Shown here piece after piece: positions 49,770 to 62,900 of a stretch of DNA of 64,000 nt (position 1 is its first letter; each line of letters begins with the position of its first letter). The position numbers and the translations under genes were made by a program. Below the pieces are notes generated by a model that worked only from the letters and a program-made list of their open reading frames with translations, was not told the origin of the DNA and did not search any database. The stretch spans positions 53,632,001 to 53,696,000 of the forward strand of contig CM059438.1 of assembly GCA_030390025.1 (NCBI GenBank). Reading direction: 5' to 3'. The DNA is from Squalus acanthias. Its lineage: Eukaryota.

Positions 49770-49853
49770 GTGACTTCACCTGACGAAGGAGCAGCGCTCC
49801 GAAAGCTCGTGATTTCAAATAAAACTGTTGGACTATAACCTGGTGTTGTGCGA
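49770..49853 (+). mobile_element. Short PLE family-1 pLTR fragment with hammerhead, inside a duplicated CR1 5' UTR unit
   Basis: Matches 45608-45690; flanking sequence repeats 49417-49530. Confidence 0.75.
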
Positions 49854-49899
49854 CTGTTTCAGGAACCAGTTTAATCAGATTAATCAGTTTAAGCAGTTT

Positions 49900-51163
49900 A
49901 TTACTACTCTTTGTTTTCTGTCCTTTAAGCAATCCTCTATCCATGCTAATATATTACCCCCAACCTCATGAGCCTTTATCTTGTGTAACAATCTTTCATG
50001 TGGCAGCTTATCGAATGCCTTTTGAAAGTCCAAATATGCCACATCCTTTTATCTACCTTGCTAGTTAAATTCTCAAAAAACTCTTAATAGATTTGTCAAA
50101 CACGATTTCCCTTTCACAAAACCATGCTGACTCTGCCTAATCATATTATGATTTCTAAGTGCCCTGTTACCACTTCCTTGATAATGGATTCCAGCATTTT
50201 CCCTACGACTAATGTCAGGCTAACTGGCCTGTAGCTCCCTGTTTTCTCTCACTCCCCTTTCTTGAATAGCGGTGTTACATTTTCTACCTTCCAATCCACT
50301 GGGACTGTTCCAGAATCTAGAGAATTTTGGAAGATCACAACAAATGCATCCACTATCTCTGCAGCCACCTCTTTTAGAACTCTAGGATGTAGGCCATCAG
50401 GTCCAGGGGATTTGTCGGCTTTTAGTCCTGTTAATTTCTCCAGTATTTTTTCTTTACTAATATTAAGTTCCTCACTTTCATTAGACCCTTGCTTCCCTAC
50501 TATTTCTAGTATGTTTTTTGTGTCTTCTACTGTGAAGACAGATACAAAATATTTGTTTAACGTCTCTGCCCAATTATAATTTCTCCTGCCTCGGGGTTGT
50601 AAATCTTTGGAATTCTCTACCCCAGAGGGCTGTGGATGCTCAGTCATTGAGTATCGATATTAGCTGAGATTTATAGTTTTTGAACTTTAAGGGAATGAAG
50701 GGATATGGGGATCGGGGCGGTGGGGGGAAGTGGAGTTGATGTAGAAGTTCAGCCATGATCTTATTAAAAAGCTGAATGTCTACATCAACTCCACTTTCTC
50801 ACCCTATCCCCATATCCCCTGATTCCCTTAGTGCTCAAAAATCTATCGATCTCAGCCTTGAATATGCTCAACAACTGAGCATTCACAGCCCTCTGGGGCA
50901 GAGAATTCCAAAGATTCACAACCCTCTGAGTGAAGAAATTCCTCCTCATCTCAGTCTTAAATGGCTGACCCCTTATCCTGAGGCTATGATCCCTAGTTCT
51001 AGACTCTCCAGCCAGGGGAAACAGGCTCTCAGCATCTACCCTGCCAAGCCCTCTAAGAATTTTATACATTTCAATGAGATTACCTCTCATTCTTCTAAAC
51101 TCCAGAGAATATAGGGCCCATCTCTCCTCATAGGACAGCCTTCTCATCCCACGAATCAATCTA
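49900..51163. mobile_element. Cluster of CR1 fragments in both orientations
   Basis: KSPGPDGLHPRVLKE (minus, 50249-50575); 3'-end pieces at 50580-50765 (+) and 50785-51159 (-). Confidence 0.8.
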
Positions 51164-51339
51164 ATACTGGGGTCTCAACCTTTTTGCTTCTGAGGCCCCC
51201 TCCTGTGTTATAAAAATTCCACGGACCCCCTGTAACACAACACAAGTATATTTCTGTATAAAGATTAGTAAAACAATTAAACATATATATTTATTATTAT
51301 TTTTGTTTTACTTACTTAATATGAAACTTGTTGCTTATG

Positions 51340-51630
51340 CTTGTTTTCAAATCGCTCCGTGGCCTCGCCCCCTCCCTGTATCTATAACCTCCTCCAGCCC
51401 GACAATCATCCCAGATCTCTGCACTCCTCGAATTCTGGCCTCTTGCACATCCCGGATTTTCATCACTCCACCATTGGCGTCCGTGCCTTTCGCTGGTTAG
51501 TGCCAAAGCTCTGGAATTCCCTCGCTAAACCTCTCCCTCTCGCTACCTTTTGTTTCATAACACTCACGTGAAGCATCTTTGGACGGTTTACTATGTCATA
51601 GGCGCTATACAAATGCAAGTTGTTGTTGAG
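51340..51630 (+). mobile_element. L2-clade LINE 3' end
   Basis: Similar to 59170-59325; ends AATGCAAG(TTG)n. Confidence 0.7.
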
Positions 51631-51838
51631 GCTGCGGGCATTCCCGGGATTCTGCAGATAGTGTGGGAGAAGGTTCACTCGCTGACAACAGCAGATCCCA
51701 CCCGGAATAGACAAAACAATTGGTTTAAATCAGTTGCGAATTATTCAGCAAAAGCTGCATTTATTTCAAAGTTATATCATTGGTTATTTTGTGACTGTGC
51801 CAAGTTTCACTGAACTGACCCGCAATATAATCCCTCAC

Positions 51839-52022
51839 CTTCAGAAATGTCAGCCCGTCTTTATGCTCCAATGTGTTTCTGCAACTTTGAAGCCTTCTCC
51901 TCAATAGAATTTAAATTCTTTTGAATTTCTTGAAGATTTTCCTCCATTGTTTTTAGAATCTTCCCCTCTTGTTACTTGAGATCTCTGATTAAATGCTGCT
52001 CTTTCTCACTGAGAATCTGGTG
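51839..52022 (-). pseudogene. TRIM-family (A33/NF7/TRIM69-like) coiled-coil exon fragment
   Basis: HQILSEKEQHLIRDLK*QEGKILKTMEENLQEIQKNLNSIEEKASKLQKH(fs)LEHKDGLTFLK ending at donor AAG|GTGAGG. Confidence 0.7.
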
Positions 52023-52327
52023 ACGCGGAATGACAGGCGATCCGACCAATCCAATTCCCCAAGTGCTTCTCAACGGAAACCCACCTGTCACTCAGAGTGA
52101 CAGGGGATCCAGCCAATCCACATCCCCAAGTGCTTTTTTAAAAATTGGCGGCAATGTTTGTCCTTCTGATAAGGTGACGTGTTTTGGCGGACTTCTTGAA
52201 AGCTTCTGGCGGCCCCCTAGGGGGCCACGGAACCCCAGTTGCGAACCCCTGGTTTATGGAACAGGAGCTGTGTTAGTGTGCACAAAACTGGTTTATACAA
52301 CAGAGCTGTTTTCTTTCCACATTGCAG

Positions 52328-52447
52328 AAGCTGGATTCAGCGAATGCAGAGCTGGAGCAGCAGCAGCTTCAGATATTAGCTGCAATTCAAACAGTGAAGG
52401 ACCAGCAAGTGAAGGAAAAGTTCGAGCAGGAGTTGAAGATAATACAG
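52328..52447 (+). CDS. DYDC1: DYDC1-like coding exon 3
   Basis: Pyrimidine tract then CAG|...CAG|GTTAGT, 120 nt, phase 0; KLDSANAELEQQQLQILAAIQTVKDQQVKEKFEQELKIIQ. Confidence 0.72.
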
Positions 52448-52536
52448 GTTAGTGCCATGTTGGCACTTTACTCAGGGGCCGATTGTGTTGTCCATTGTGG
52501 GTGGGTAAGCATCGCATGGCTGTCTACTTTATTCTC

Positions 52537-53510
52537 CATGATGCGGAGATGCCGGTGTTGGACTGGGGTGGACAAAAATGAGAAGTCGCACAACACCAGG
52601 TTATAGTCCAACAGTTTTATTTGAAATCACAAGCTTTCGGAGCGCTGCTCCTTCGTCAGGTGAAGTGAAGGAATACAAATCAGCAAAGCATATATAGACA
52701 GAGAACAATGCCTGTGCAGCGTACAGTGTCAGACGACTACAGTTAATCTTTCTGACCGCCCTCCATCACACCTCGGCACAGATACAATCAGGCCAGTCAG
52801 GAAGGCATTACATCAAAGACACAGCAAAATACAGCTAAGACAATGAGGTGGGGTCACAGGGGGTCCAACGTGTCAAATGCTGCAGTCTGTATGGAAAACC
52901 ATAAACTTTAAGCTTTTTACTTTTTTTTAACTGGAAATCACATCTGTGAACAAGCCAACGACAACTCGAGTCTGGTAAGCGTTCTCCAAGGCGGCCTTCG
53001 AGACACACGACAACACAAAATCATCGAGCAGAAACTGATAGCCAAGTTCCGCACCCATGAGGACGGCCTCAACCGGGATCTTGGGTTCATGTCACGCTAC
53101 ATGACGTAGAGTCATCCAGACTCGAGTCGTCGTTGGCTTGTTCACAGATGTGATTTCCAGTTAAAAAAAAGTAAAAAGCTTAAAGTTTATGGTTTTCCAT
53201 ACAGACTGCAGCATTTGACACGTTGGACCCCCTGTGACCCCACCTCATTGTCTTAGCTGTATTTTGCTGTGTCTTTGATGTAATGCCTTCCTGACTGGCC
53301 TGATTGTATCTGTGCCGAGGTGTGATGGAGGGCGGTCAGAAAGATTAACTGTAGTCGTCTGACACTGTACGCTGCACAGGCATTGTTCTCTGTCTATATA
53401 TGCTTTGCTGATTTGTATTCCTTCACTTCACCTGATGAAGGAGCAGCGCTCCGAAAGCTTGTGATTTCAAATAAAACTGTTGGACTATAACCTGGTGTTG
53501 TGCAACTTCT
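52537..53510. mobile_element. Large palindromic PLE family-1 derivative
   Basis: About 395-bp inverted pLTR arms (52580-52975 and 53116-53510) around the ORF 3' end; 12-bp TSD TACTTTATTCTC at 52525-52536 and 53511-53522. Confidence 0.9.
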
Positions 53511-53704
53511 TACTTTATTCTCAACAATGCTTCTGTGCTGGACTCCAGCTTCGATAAGATGCAATGCGCCCTCACTGCTCGACCAGGGCAGTTTGACCAA
53601 TTTGAATTCAGTTTTAAAAATCTGGGATCAGTTAAAATGACCACGAAGCTGTTGAATTGTTGTAAAAACCCAACTAATGTCCTTTAAGGAAGGAAACCTG
53701 CCAT

Positions 53705-56702
53705 CCACACGGAACACACCTACCACACAGAACACACACACCACACAGAACACACACACCACACAGAACACACACCACACGGAACACACACACGACACGG
53801 AACACACACACCACACGGAACACACACCACACAGAACACACACCACACAGAACACACACACGACACGGAACACACACACCACACAGAACACACACACGAC
53901 ACGGAACACACACACCACACAGAACACACACACGACACGGAACACACACACCACACGGAACACACACATGACACGGAACACACACACCACACGGAACACA
54001 CACACCACACGGAACACACACACCACACGGAACACACACCACACAGAACACACACCACACGGAACACATACACCACACGGAACACACACCACACGGAACA
54101 CACACCACACGGAACACACACACCACACGGAACACACACACCACACGGAACACACACCACACGGAACACACACACCACACGGAACACACACACCACACGG
54201 AACACACACCACACGGAACACACACACCACACGGAACACACACACCACACAGAACACACACACCACACGGAACACACACACCACACGGAACACACACCAC
54301 ACGGAACACACACCACACGGAACACACACACCACACAGAACACACACACCACACGGAACACACACCACACGGAACACACACACCACACAGAACACACACC
54401 ACACGGAAAACACACACCACACAGAACACACGGAAAACACACACCACATGGAAAACACACACCACATGGAACACACACACCACACGGAACACACACACCA
54501 CACGGAACACACACCACACGGAACACACACACTACACGGAACACACACACCACACGGAACACACACACCACACAGAACACACACCACACGGAAAACACAC
54601 ACCACACAGAACACACGGAAAACACACACCACATGGAAAACACACACCACATGGAACACACACACCACACGGAACACACACACCACACGGAACACACGGA
54701 AAACACACACCACATGGAACACAAACCCCACACGGGACACACACACCACGCGGGACACACACACACCACACGGGACACACACACACCACACGGGACACAC
54801 AAACACCACACGGAACACACATACCACACGGAACACACACACCACACAGAACACTCCACACGGAACACACCCCACATGGAACACACACACCACACGGAAC
54901 ACACACACCACACGGAACACGCACACCACACGGAACACACCCCAGACGGAACACACACACCACACGGAACACGCACACCACACGGAACACACCCCACACG
55001 GAACACACACACCACACGGAACACACCCACCACACGGAACACACACCACACGGAACACACACACCACGGAACACACTCACCACACGGAACGCACACACCA
55101 CATGGAACACACCCACCACACGGAACACACCCCACACGGAACACACCCACCACACGGAACACACCCCACACGGAACACACACACCACACAGAACACACAC
55201 ACCACACGGAACACACACACCACACGGAAAACACACACCACAGACACCACACGGAAAACACACACCACACGGAAAACACACATCACACGGAAAACACACA
55301 CCACACGGAAAACACACACCACGCGGAAAACACACACCACACAGAAAACACACACCACATGGAAAACACACACCACACGGAAAACACACACCACATGGAA
55401 CACACACACCACATGGGACACACACACCACACGGGACACACACACACCACACGGGACACACACACACCACACGGGACACACACACACCACACGGGACACA
55501 CACACCACACGGGACACACACACACCACATGGAACACACACACCACATGGGACACAAACACCACATGGGACACAAACACCACACTGGACACAAACACCAC
55601 ACGGGACACACACACCACACGGGACACAAACACCACACGGGACACACACACCACACGGGACAAAAACACCACACGGGACACACACACCACACGGAACACA
55701 CACACCACACGGAACACACCCACCACACGGAACACACACCACACGGAACACACACACCACACGGAACACACCCACCACACGGAACACACACACCACACGG
55801 AACACACACACCACACAGAACACACACCACACAGAACACACACACCACACGGAACACACACACCACACGGAAAACACACACCACAGACACCACACGGAAA
55901 ACACACACCACACGGAAAACACACACCACATGGAACATACACACCACACGGAACACACACACCACACGGAACGCACCCACCACACGGAACACACACACCA
56001 CACGGAACACACACACCACACAGAACACACCCACCACACGGAACGCACACACCACACAGAACACACACACCACACGGAACACACACACCACACGGGACAC
56101 AAACACCACACGGGAAACACACACCACACGGGACACACACACCACACGGGACACAAACACCACACGGGACACACACACCACACGGGACACACACACCACA
56201 CGGGACACAAACACCACATGGGACACAAACACCACACGGGACACACAAACACCACATGGGACACACACACCACACGGGACACACACACCACACGGGACAC
56301 ACACACCACACGGGACACAAACACCACACGGGAAACACACACCACACGGGACACACACACCACACGGGACACAAACACCACACGGGACACACACACCACA
56401 CGGGACACACACACCACACGGGACACAAACACCACATGGGACACAAACACCACACGGGACACACAAACACCACATGGGACACACACACCACACGGGACAC
56501 ACACACCACACGGGACACACACACCACACGGGACACACACACACCACACGGGACACACACACCACATGGGACACACACACCACACGGGACACACACACCA
56601 CATGGGACACACACACACCACACGGGACACACACACACCACACGGGACACACACACACCACACGGGACACACACACCACATGGGACACACCCACCACACC
56701 CA
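53705..56702 (+). repeat. CA-rich 17-21-bp satellite (CACCACACGG(A/G)ACACACA)n
   Basis: Direct inspection; source of the His/Thr and Cys/Val spurious ORFs. Confidence 0.97.
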
Positions 56703-56804
56703 CTACTGAATAAGGGGCTGGGGTCCCAAGGTCCAGAGCTCCGGGGGCTGGGGTTCTGGGAGATGATGCTCATCTCACTCTCACTTACCCATATCCCTCT
56801 AGCA

Positions 56805-57400
56805 CACTCATCTCTCTCTTTCTCTTTTCTCACATTGTCTGTCTCTCTCCTTTACGTGTGTCTCTCTCCAACTCTCTCCTACTCCTTTCGCTCTCCTTTA
56901 TTTCTCGCACCTTTTTCTCTCTCGCTATCCTTTGTCTGTCTCCTTTCTCTCTCATTTCTCAGTCTCTCCTTTCTCTCTCTCTCCTTTCTCTCTCTCTCTT
57001 TCCTTTGTCTCTATCTCTGTCTCCTTCCTCTCTTTCTCTCTCTCCCTCCTTTGTCTCTATCTCTCTCTCCTTTCTCTCTCTATCTTCTTTGTCTCTCTCA
57101 TTTCTCTATCTCCTTTCTTTTTGTCTCCTTTCCCTTTTTCTCCTTTGTCTCTACCTCTCTTTCCTTTGTCGCTCTCTCTCCTTTTTATCTCTCTCCTTTG
57201 TCTCGCTCTCTCTGCTTTCTCTGTTTGTCTCTCCTTTATCTCTCTCTCTCTCGCTCTTTTCTCTCACTCACTCTCTTTCTCAAGCTCTCGCGCCCGCTCT
57301 CTCTTTTTTGTCTCTCTCTCCTATACTCAGCGCTCCCTCCCCTTCTATAACCCCTTTCTATCGGATTCCTTTTTCTCTGAATTCCTCTCTCTCTCTCTCT
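56805..57400 (+). repeat. CT-rich low-complexity tract
   Basis: Polypyrimidine stretch directly upstream of the 57426 acceptor. Confidence 0.9.
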
Positions 57401-57425
57401 GACTGTGACCCTATTGTTTTATCAG

Positions 57426-57542
57426 CCGACTGTGAACGAGATTATTGAGAGTACTTCTTCATTAGTACCACCTGAGTGGCTCGGGGAACCTGAACTTGAA
57501 ACTGTGGAAGAGAGAGATGAAACTTCTCACGATCAACTGAAG
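57426..57542 (+). CDS. DYDC1: DYDC1-like coding exon 4 (no stop codon; a further exon is expected)
   Basis: CAG|...AAG|GTGAGT, 117 nt, phase 0; WLGEPELETVEERDE resembles the DYDC1 C-terminal YGAPNLSRVEELDE as I recall it. Confidence 0.75.
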
Positions 57543-57588
57543 GTGAGTAACCCAGTCAGGTTCATACTTTGAACTCAGTTTAACCTCA

Positions 57589-59324
57589 CTCAACTTCCCT
57601 TCCTGGCCCCCATCTTAGCTGATTTGGTAACAGTTCCTCTCCTCAAATAATGTTCCCCACCCCTTCAAATCTACTGTCATCACCCCTCTCCTAAAAAAAA
57701 CACCCTTGACCCCTGTCATTGCAAATTCCCTTTCCTCGCCAAAGTCCTTGAACGTGTTGTCGCCTCCCAAATCCGTGCCCATCTTTCCCACAATTCCATG
57801 TTTGCATAGAAGCATAGCATAGAAGATAGGAGCAGGAGTAGGCCATTCGGCCCCTCTAGCCTGTTCCGCCATTTAATGAGATCATGGCTGATCATCCAAA
57901 TTCAGTAACCTGTTCCTGCTTTCTCCCCATATCCGTTGATCCCTTTAGCCTTAAGAAATATATCTATCTCCTTCTTGAATATATTTAATGAATTGGCCTC
58001 AACTGCCTTGTGTGGTACAGAATTCCACAGGTTCACCACTCTCTGGGTGAAGAAATTCCTCCTCTTCTCAGTCTTAAATGGCTTACCCCTTATCCTTAGA
58101 CTGTGACCCCTGGTTCTGGACTCCCCTGCCATTGGGAACATCCTTCCTGCATCTAGTCTGTCTAGTCCTGTTAGAATTTTATAAGTTTCAATGAGATCCC
58201 CTCTCATTCTTCGAAACTCTAGTGAATATAAGCCTAATCGACCCAATCTCTCTTCATACGTCATTCCTGCCATCCCAGGTATCAGTCTGGTAAATCTTCG
58301 CTGCACTCCCTCCATGGCAAGAACATCCTTCCTCAGATAAGGCGACCAAAACTGCACATAATACTCAAGGTGTGGTCTCACCAAGGCCCTGTACAACTGC
58401 AGCAAGACATCCTTGCTCCTGTACTCGAATCCTCTCGCTATGAAGGCCAACATACCATTTGCCGTTTGAACCCCTCCAATCAGGTTTCCGCCCTTGCCAC
58501 AGTACTGAAACGGCTCTCATCAAAGTCACAAATTACATCCTTTGTGACTGTGACTGTGGTAAACTATCCCTCCTCAGCCTTCTTGACCTGTCTGCAGCCT
58601 TTGACACGGTTGACCATACCATGCTCCTCCAACGCCTCTCCTCCATCATCCAGCTGGATGGGACTGCCCTCGCCTGGTTCTATTCTTATCTACTCAGTCG
58701 TAGCCAGAAAATCTCCTGCAATGGCTTCTCTTCCCTATCCCGCACCGTTACCTCTGGTGTCTCCCAAGGATCTATCCTTGGCCCCCTCCTATTTCTCATC
58801 TACATCAGTGACATAATCCAAAAACATAACGTCAGGTTCCACATGTACACTACGACACCCAGCTCTACCTCACCACCACTTCCCTCGACCCCTCCACTGT
58901 CTCTAATTTGTTACAATGCTTATCCGGCATCCAGTACTGGATGAACAGAAATTTCCTCCAGCTAAATATTGGGAAGACCGGAGCCATTGTCTTTGGTCCC
59001 CGCCACAAACTCTGTTCCCTAGCCACCGACTCCGTCCCCCTGACGGGCTATTGTCTGAGGCTGAACCTAACCGTTCGCAACCTTGGTGTTGTATTTGACC
59101 CGAAGATGAGCTTCTGACCACTTATCCGTTCCATCGCCAAGACCGCCTACTTCCACCTCCGCAACGTCGTCCAGACGCTCCTTAAAACCTACCTCTTTGA
59201 CCAACCTGTCCTAATACCTCCTTATGTGGCTCAGTGTTAAATTTTGTCTGATAACATTTCTGTGAAGTGCCTTGGGACATTTTACTATGTTAAAGATGCT
59301 CTATCAATGCAAGTGGTTGTTGTT
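57589..59324 (+). mobile_element. L2-clade LINE fragment with nested antisense CR1 3' end (about 57805-58460)
   Basis: QSGFRPCHSTETAL, LDLSAAFDTVDH, QGSILGPLLF; (GTT)n tail; nested CR1 ORF 57902-58453 with (CTATGCTT)n tail. Confidence 0.85.
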
Positions 59325-59919
59325 GTCAGGTTCATACTTTTAACTCGGTTTAAACTCAGTTAGGTTCATGTGAGACATTTCGAATCCATCACCATAATGG
59401 TTGCAACAACAAAAAACAATTTCTTGTGTTTGACCAAGTCCAGACACACGCAATGTCTAAGCAGTCGACACACAGAGAAATAAATGATATTACCCCGTTT
59501 TCCCCGGGAAGAGACGTAACCTTCGTCGATCCTTTCAATCCTGACTCTCTCCACAAAATGTGAAGGAAAGCTCAAGCTCTTTATAGGTCTCTTGTCACGC
59601 ACATCATCGTTGCTGATTCATTATGGCATGGCAAGTATTATTGTGAACAAGACCCCCAGAAATGGGATAGTTCCTACAAAACACCAGCGGCCAACTTGTT
59701 TACCATCTAGGATGTAGCTAATCATCCTGAGCTCCATTGTCCCACTTCCTATCTCAAGATTGTCTTGGCGATCTCGTTTCACAATGTGTCCACAAAAGTA
59801 AGTCAACGGGAACCAATCACACATCCTGCACTTTAAGCAGGCGCTAAGCAACACAGTCAGTTAAATTGTACCCTGACACATTAGACCCTAAAACATTCCA
59901 GGAATGAATGACTTTAACT

Positions 59920-62900
59920 TCTCCTCCTAATTAATCCTCTCCTCATTGAATGATTGATCCTCACTGATTGATTGATCCTCTCATTGATTGATTGATCCTC
60001 ACTGATTGATTGATCCTCTACTCACTGATTGATTGATCCTCACTGATTGATTGATCCTCACTGATTGATTGATCCTCTCATTGATTGATTGATCCTCACT
60101 GATTGATTGATTGATCCTCTCCTCATTGATTGATTAATCCTCTCCTCATTGATTGATTGATCCTCATTGATTGATTGATCCTCTCACTGATTGATTGATC
60201 CTCATTGTTGATTGATCCTCTCACTGATTGATTGATCCTCATTGATTGATTGATCCTCTCACTGATTGATTGATCCTCACTGATTGATTGATCCTCTCCT
60301 CATTGATTGATTGATCCTCATTGATTGATTGATCCTCATTGATTGATTGATCCTCTCCTCATTGATAGATCGATCCTCATTGATTGATTGATCCTCTCCT
60401 CATTGATTGATTGATCCTCATTGATTGATTGATCCTCTCCTCATTGATTGATCGATCCTCATTGATTGATTGATCCTCTCCTCATTGATTGATTGATCGA
60501 TGCTCATTGATTGATTGATCCTCTCCTCACTGATTGATTGATCCTCACTGATTGATTGATCCTCATTGATTGATTGATCCTCGTTGATTGATTGATCCTC
60601 ATTGATTGATTGATCCTCGTTGATTGATCCTCACTGATTGATTGATTGATCCTCACTGATTGATTGATCCTCTCCTCATTGATTGATTGATCCTCATTTA
60701 TTGATTGATCCTCTCCTCATTGATTGATTATTCTATGTTCGTTGATTGATTGATCCTCTCCTCACTGATTGATTGATCCTCACTGATTGATTGATCCTCA
60801 TTGATTGATTGATCCTCATTGATTGATTGATCTTCGTTGATTGATCCTCACTGATTGATTGATTGATCCTCACTGATTGATTGATCCTCTCCTCATTGAT
60901 TGATTGATCCTCACTGATTGATTGATCTTCTCCTCATTGATTGATTGATCCTCATTGATTGATTGATCCTCACTGATTGATTGATTGATCCTCACTGATT
61001 GATTGATCCTCTCCTCATTGATTGATTCATCCTCACTGATAGATTGATCCTCACTGATTGATTGAGCCTCTCCTCATTGATTGATTGATCCTCATTGATT
61101 GATTGATCCTCTCTTTATTGATTGATCCTCACTGATTGATTGATCCTCTCCTCATTGATTGATTGATCCTCACTGATTGATTGATCCTCATTGATTGATC
61201 GATCCTCTCCACTTTGATTGATTGATCCTCTCCTCACCGATTGGTTGATTGATCTGCTCCTCCTTGATTGATTGATTGATCTTCACTGATTGATTGATCC
61301 TCTCCTCATTGATTGATCGATCCTCACTGATTGATTGATCCTCTCCTCATTGATTGATTCATCCTCACTGATTGATTGATCCTCACTGATTGATTGATCC
61401 TCTCCTCATTGATTGATCGATCCTCACTGATTGATTGATCCTCTCCTCACTGATTGATTGAACGATCCTCACTGATTCATTGATCCTCTCCTCACTGATT
61501 GATTGATCCTCACTGATTGATTGTTTGATCCTCATTGATTGATTGATCCTCATTGATTGATTGATCCTCATTGATTGATTGATCCTCACTGATTGATTGA
61601 TTGATCCTCACTGATTGGTTGATCCTCTCCTCATTGATTGATTGATCCTCACTGATTGATTGATCCTCACTGATTGATTGATCCTCTCCTCATTGATTGA
61701 TTGATCCTCATTGATTGATTGAACCTCTCTTTATTGATTGATCCTCACTGATTGATTGATCCTCACTGATTAATTGATCCTCTCCTTATTGATTGATTGA
61801 TCCTCACTGATTGATTGATCCTCATTCATTAATCGATCCTCTCCACTTTGATTGATAGATCCTCTCCTCACCGATTGGTTGATTGATCCGCTCCTCCTTG
61901 ATTGATTGATTGATCCTCACTGATTGATTGATCCTCTCCTCATTGATTGATCGATCCTCACTGATGATTGATCCTCTCCTCACTGATTGATTGAACGATC
62001 CTCACTGTTCATTGATCCTCTCCTCACTGATTGATTGATCCTCACTGATTGATTGTTTGATCCTCATTGATTGATTGATCCTCATTGATTGATTGATCCT
62101 CATTGATTGATTGATCCTCTCCTCATTGATTGATCGATCCTCATTGATTGATCCTCTCCTCATTGATTGATCGATCCTCATTGATTGATTGATCCTCTCC
62201 TCATTGATTGATTGATCCTCATTGATTGATTGATCCTCTCCTCATTGATTGATCGATCCTCATTGATTGATTGATCCTCTCCTCATTGATTGATTGATCG
62301 ATGTTCGTTGATTGATTGATCCTCTCCTCACTGATTGATTGATCCTCACTGATTGATTGATCCTCATTGATTGATTGATCCTCATTGATTGGTTGATCTT
62401 CGTTGATTGATCCTCACTGATTGATTGATTGATCCTCACTGATTGATTGATCCTCTCCTCATTGATTGATTGATCCTCACTGATTGATTGATCTTCTCCT
62501 CATTGATTGATTGATCCTCATTGATTGATTGATCCTCACTGATTGATTGATTGATCCTCACTGATTGATTGATCCTCTCCTCATTGATTGATTGATCCTC
62601 ACTGATTGATTGATCCTCACTGATTGATTGATCCTCTCCTCATTGATTGATTGATCCTCACTGATTGATTGATCCTCATTGATTGATTGATCCTCTCTTT
62701 ATTGATTGATCCTCACTGATTGATTGATCCTCTCCTCATTGATTGATTGATCCTCACTGATTGATTGATCCTCATTGATTGATCGATCCTCTCCACTTTG
62801 ATTGATAGATCCTCTCCTCACCGATTGGTTGATTGATCTGCTCCTCCTTGATTGATTGATTGATCTTCACTGATTGATTGATCCTCTCCTCATTGATTTA

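Larger units (their letters stand above)
51167..52251. mobile_element. Non-autonomous hAT-like DNA transposon
   Basis: Imperfect TIRs CTGGGGTCTCAACC and (rc) CAGGGGTTCGCAACT with subterminal CACGGA(A)CCCC motifs; no matching 8-bp TSD seen. Confidence 0.6.

Noticed and set aside
53628..57448. 500-1010-aa His/Thr, Cys/Val and Leu/Ser ORFs (mucin- or keratin-associated-like)
   Set aside because: All frames are open across CA- and CT-rich repeats inside an intron
59366..59920. Terminal DYDC exon or small ORFs
   Set aside because: No convincing acceptor plus coding match could be identified by eye
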